The notes under the pieces were generated by a model. That model had not been told where the DNA came from. It was given only the letters and a program-made list of their open reading frames with translations, and made no database searches. From Paramoeba atlantica (Eukaryota; Protista; Discosea), in NCBI GenBank assembly GCA_977017575.1, contig CDRNVI010000029.1, forward strand, positions 806,001 through 870,000: DNA of 64,000 nt, given 5' to 3'. Shown piece after piece: positions 62,595-64,000 of the stretch. The translations under genes and the position numbers were made by a program. Positions within the stretch are counted from its first letter, which is position 1. The number at the start of each line of letters is the position of its first letter.

Positions 62595-64000
62595 TTACGT
62601 GTTGTTGTTTGCCTCTACTTGTGCAGAACCTTCTGAAATATTGCCCGGAGAGGAAGATAACGGCGTGTCCATTGTATTTGCAACTTTCGTGTTATCGGTT
62701 AGTCGTCCTTTCGAGGTCGGAGTGGCCCAAATATCAAGTCTTCCTTCTAGTGGCAGAATGCTCCCTGGGGCAAACGTTTTCTCGCTTTCATTCGCCTCGT
62801 GATGTGTAGGTTGGGAACCAGGGGTACTCATAGGAGAACACAACGAAGTCGGTCGAGGAGCGGAAACGTCCTTTGGAGTGAAGAAGGACGTAGTTGGTGT
62901 GGCAATCAAATGTTTCGGTGTAACAGGAGCCTCTGATCCCAGGACAGAAGTCGGTGCTAGGCTTGGGATCGGAGAGACATCATCGGCGAGTAGGATCGCG
63001 TTTGGGGTACCCGGACCAGATCCCTGAGAGAACAAATCGCGTTGGGGGGTGTACGCGGGAGAAGTCTGACTAAGCGGCGTTTGACTGAGACGTGCCTTTT
63101 CCGATTCCTGCGAAGGAATGGAAAGCTTCGGCTGTGAAGCGGAAAATTGGGTTTGCGATGGTGATACAGCTTTGTCCGCCTTGTCCTTGTTCTTTCTCCT
63201 GGCGGTGAGTACGTTCGGTTTGTTTGTCGGTTGCACCGCTCGACCCTGGAGAAAGGAGGCATTGTTTTCTCGCAACGATTGACGCAGACTCTCTAAACGA
63301 TCAAGATAAATACGAATGAGAGGAGAAATAACTTTGTTATCGGTATCATTTTCGAGCGTCTCATTTCGTGACGCATCGATCGGCCGAAATATTGAATGAA
63401 GCGTAGCAAGAGTCACAGTTCCATCTTCGGAGCTTATGGCGATGCGTAGTCCATCTGAGCACCATGAAAGTCCGGATATCGGTGCGGGGTGCATATTCGA
63501 GAATTGGACTCTCGGATAACCTCTGTTCGTTGAAAAAATAGTAACCGTTTCAGACGTGAATAGGGCAATAGCCATCATGTATTCTGCAGGACCCCAGATA
63601 TTCTCATTTTTCATAATTTCGCTTGAGGTGGGACCCTCGTCTATGGCTTCGGAGACCGAAGAACCTTCACCAAGATTGTCTTTCGGAAGAGCACTGCTTG
63701 ATTTGTCTTCGTCCCCCTGATAAAGTATAGGAGAAAATATGGAGCCTATGACAGATACAGAAGACTTTATCCTCAGAGCTTTATACGGACGGTGGAAAGC
63801 ATGACGAAGGAAAACGTAGGCGCATTGTTGATATTCGGTCCTACTGGACGTGGGCCTGATCTCCATATTTTCTGCCTCAGAAGGATCAGGATCTTGTTCC
63901 TTGGGTTTCCCAGGAGCGTGATCCGAGTTTTGATTCCTCTGAGGATCTTTCGTGGGATCGTAAAACCCACAAGGTATAGCCATCATACCCCCATCAGGAG
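62595..64000 (-). CDS. CHAF1B: Chromatin assembly factor 1 subunit B (Cac2/p60), C-terminal part; 5' end outside the window
   Basis: PDGGMMAIPCG; AIALFTSETVTIFSTNRGYPRVQFSNMHPAPISGLSWCSDGLRIAISSEDG (last WD40 blade of CAF-1B/HIRA); S/T/P-rich tail; frame stays open to 64000. Confidence 0.75.
   Translation of the reverse strand, partial: PDGGMMAIPCGFYDPTKDPQRNQNSDHAPGKPKEQDPDPSEAENMEIRPTSSRTEYQQCAYVFLRHAFHRPYKALRIKSSVSVIGSIFSPILYQGDEDKSSSALPKDNLGEGSSVSEAIDEGPTSSEIMKNENIWGPAEYMMAIALFTSETVTIFSTNRGYPRVQFSNMHPAPISGLSWCSDGLRIAISSEDGTVTLATLHSIFRPIDASRNETLENDTDNKVISPLIRIYLDRLESLRQSLRENNASFLQGRAVQPTNKPNVLTARRKNKDKADKAVSPSQTQFSASQPKLSIPSQESEKARLSQTPLSQTSPAYTPQRDLFSQGSGPGTPNAILLADDVSPIPSLAPTSVLGSEAPVTPKHLIATPTTSFFTPKDVSAPRPTSLCSPMSTPGSQPTHHEANESEKTFAPGSILPLEGRLDIWATPTSKGRLTDNTKVANTMDTPLSSSPGNISEGSAQVEANNNT

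Overview
64 kb of an intron-less eukaryotic chromosome with kinetoplastid organisation. All 29 host genes I can support lie on the minus strand, as expected for one polycistronic cluster. The set includes two RNA-editing editosome-type genes (a KREN-type U1-zinc-finger/RNase III endonuclease and a KREPB4/5-like protein) and a close orthologue of trypanosome MORN1. An expanded short-LRR family suggests a Perkinsela-like prokinetoplastid, but this is an inference. The most interesting gene is absent from the ORF track because it runs off the left edge: a PAZ-MID-PIWI Argonaute with PIWI-clade signatures, a 13x RRDD mixed-charge N-terminus and a CxxC..CxxC module (<1..2204). The cluster also carries an unexpectedly diverse, partly nested set of transposons: a complete Merlin element with 8-bp TSD, a hAT-like non-autonomous family with 8-bp TSD, a dead DD34E Tc1 with a 45-bp inverted duplication over its start codon, four TA-flanked MITEs, two CRE/RLE-clade retrotransposon fragments not associated with spliced-leader genes, and a SWIM remnant. 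Two otherwise intact long genes are each broken by a single lesion: UGGT (frameshift at a T7 run) and an M16 peptidase (in-frame TAA before HxxEH). Family calls come from motif recognition by eye; no database search was run.
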